Positions 63,971 through 64,000 of a stretch of DNA of 64,000 bases are shown here, piece by piece. Numbering within the stretch: position 1 is the stretch's first letter; each line of letters begins with the position of its first letter. Source of the stretch: a virus; IMG/VR virus record IMGVR_UViG_3300034103_002265; one strand, written 5' to 3'. Both the position numbers and the translations under genes were made by a program. Below the pieces are notes generated by a model. It saw nothing but the letters and a program-made list of their open reading frames with translations, was not told the DNA's origin and made no database searches.

Positions 63971-64000
63971 AACAATAGTGAGTTGACAGAGAGGCCTATT

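Noticed and set aside
1-64000. CRISPR arrays, integrases/transposases, rRNA genes.
   Set aside because: No direct-repeat/spacer periodicity, no recombinase motifs and no rRNA-like sequence were seen in this window.

Overview
This window is dense and coding on both strands, with Shine-Dalgarno sites and sigma70-like promoters, so it looks like part of a large virulent (T4-like or jumbo) bacteriophage genome rather than a bacterial chromosome. It ends in a roughly 3.8 kb array of about 29 tRNA genes, which fits that reading. Main content, in order:
- NrdB C-terminus, glutaredoxin and CspA, followed by hypothetical and possible virion genes.
- A tRNA with a CUA (amber-reading) anticodon.
- A circularly permuted two-piece tmRNA (ssrA) whose tag reading frame encodes ANDEVFAMAA.
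- ClpX directly followed by ribosomal protein bS21, then a DEDDh exonuclease.
- A peroxiredoxin / AhpD-like / class II aldolase / SGNH hydrolase cluster, and two divergent PP-loop ATPases.
- A vWA (MIDAS) protein that may be Ro60/TROVE-like, preceded by a 590-nt ORF-free transcribed leader.
- An NAD+ salvage island: NadM-Nudix, macro domain, N-deoxyribosyltransferase-like, NAMPT.
- An Hsp90-like GHKL ATPase, a small PD-(D/E)xK candidate and a beta-class DNA methyltransferase in a row.
- 5-aminolevulinate synthase (minus strand), then Hsp20, ClpS, heme oxygenase and a ferredoxin-dependent bilin reductase: a complete ALA-to-bilin route.
- A curli-like module: CsgF-like, CsgG, a curlin-repeat protein and a PA14 plus curlin-repeat fusion protein.
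- PstS and a CHASE2 class III adenylate cyclase.
- A glycosyltransferase / O-methyltransferase / epimerase cluster.
The tRNA array also contains a family of about 6 short elements with conserved termini, sitting between tRNAs and once immediately upstream of the vWA gene; some of the tRNAs are unusual. The two-piece tmRNA and the ALAS-type heme route would fit an alphaproteobacterial host, but that is inference only. Every protein assignment rests on motif recognition from the supplied translations and has not been searched against any database.
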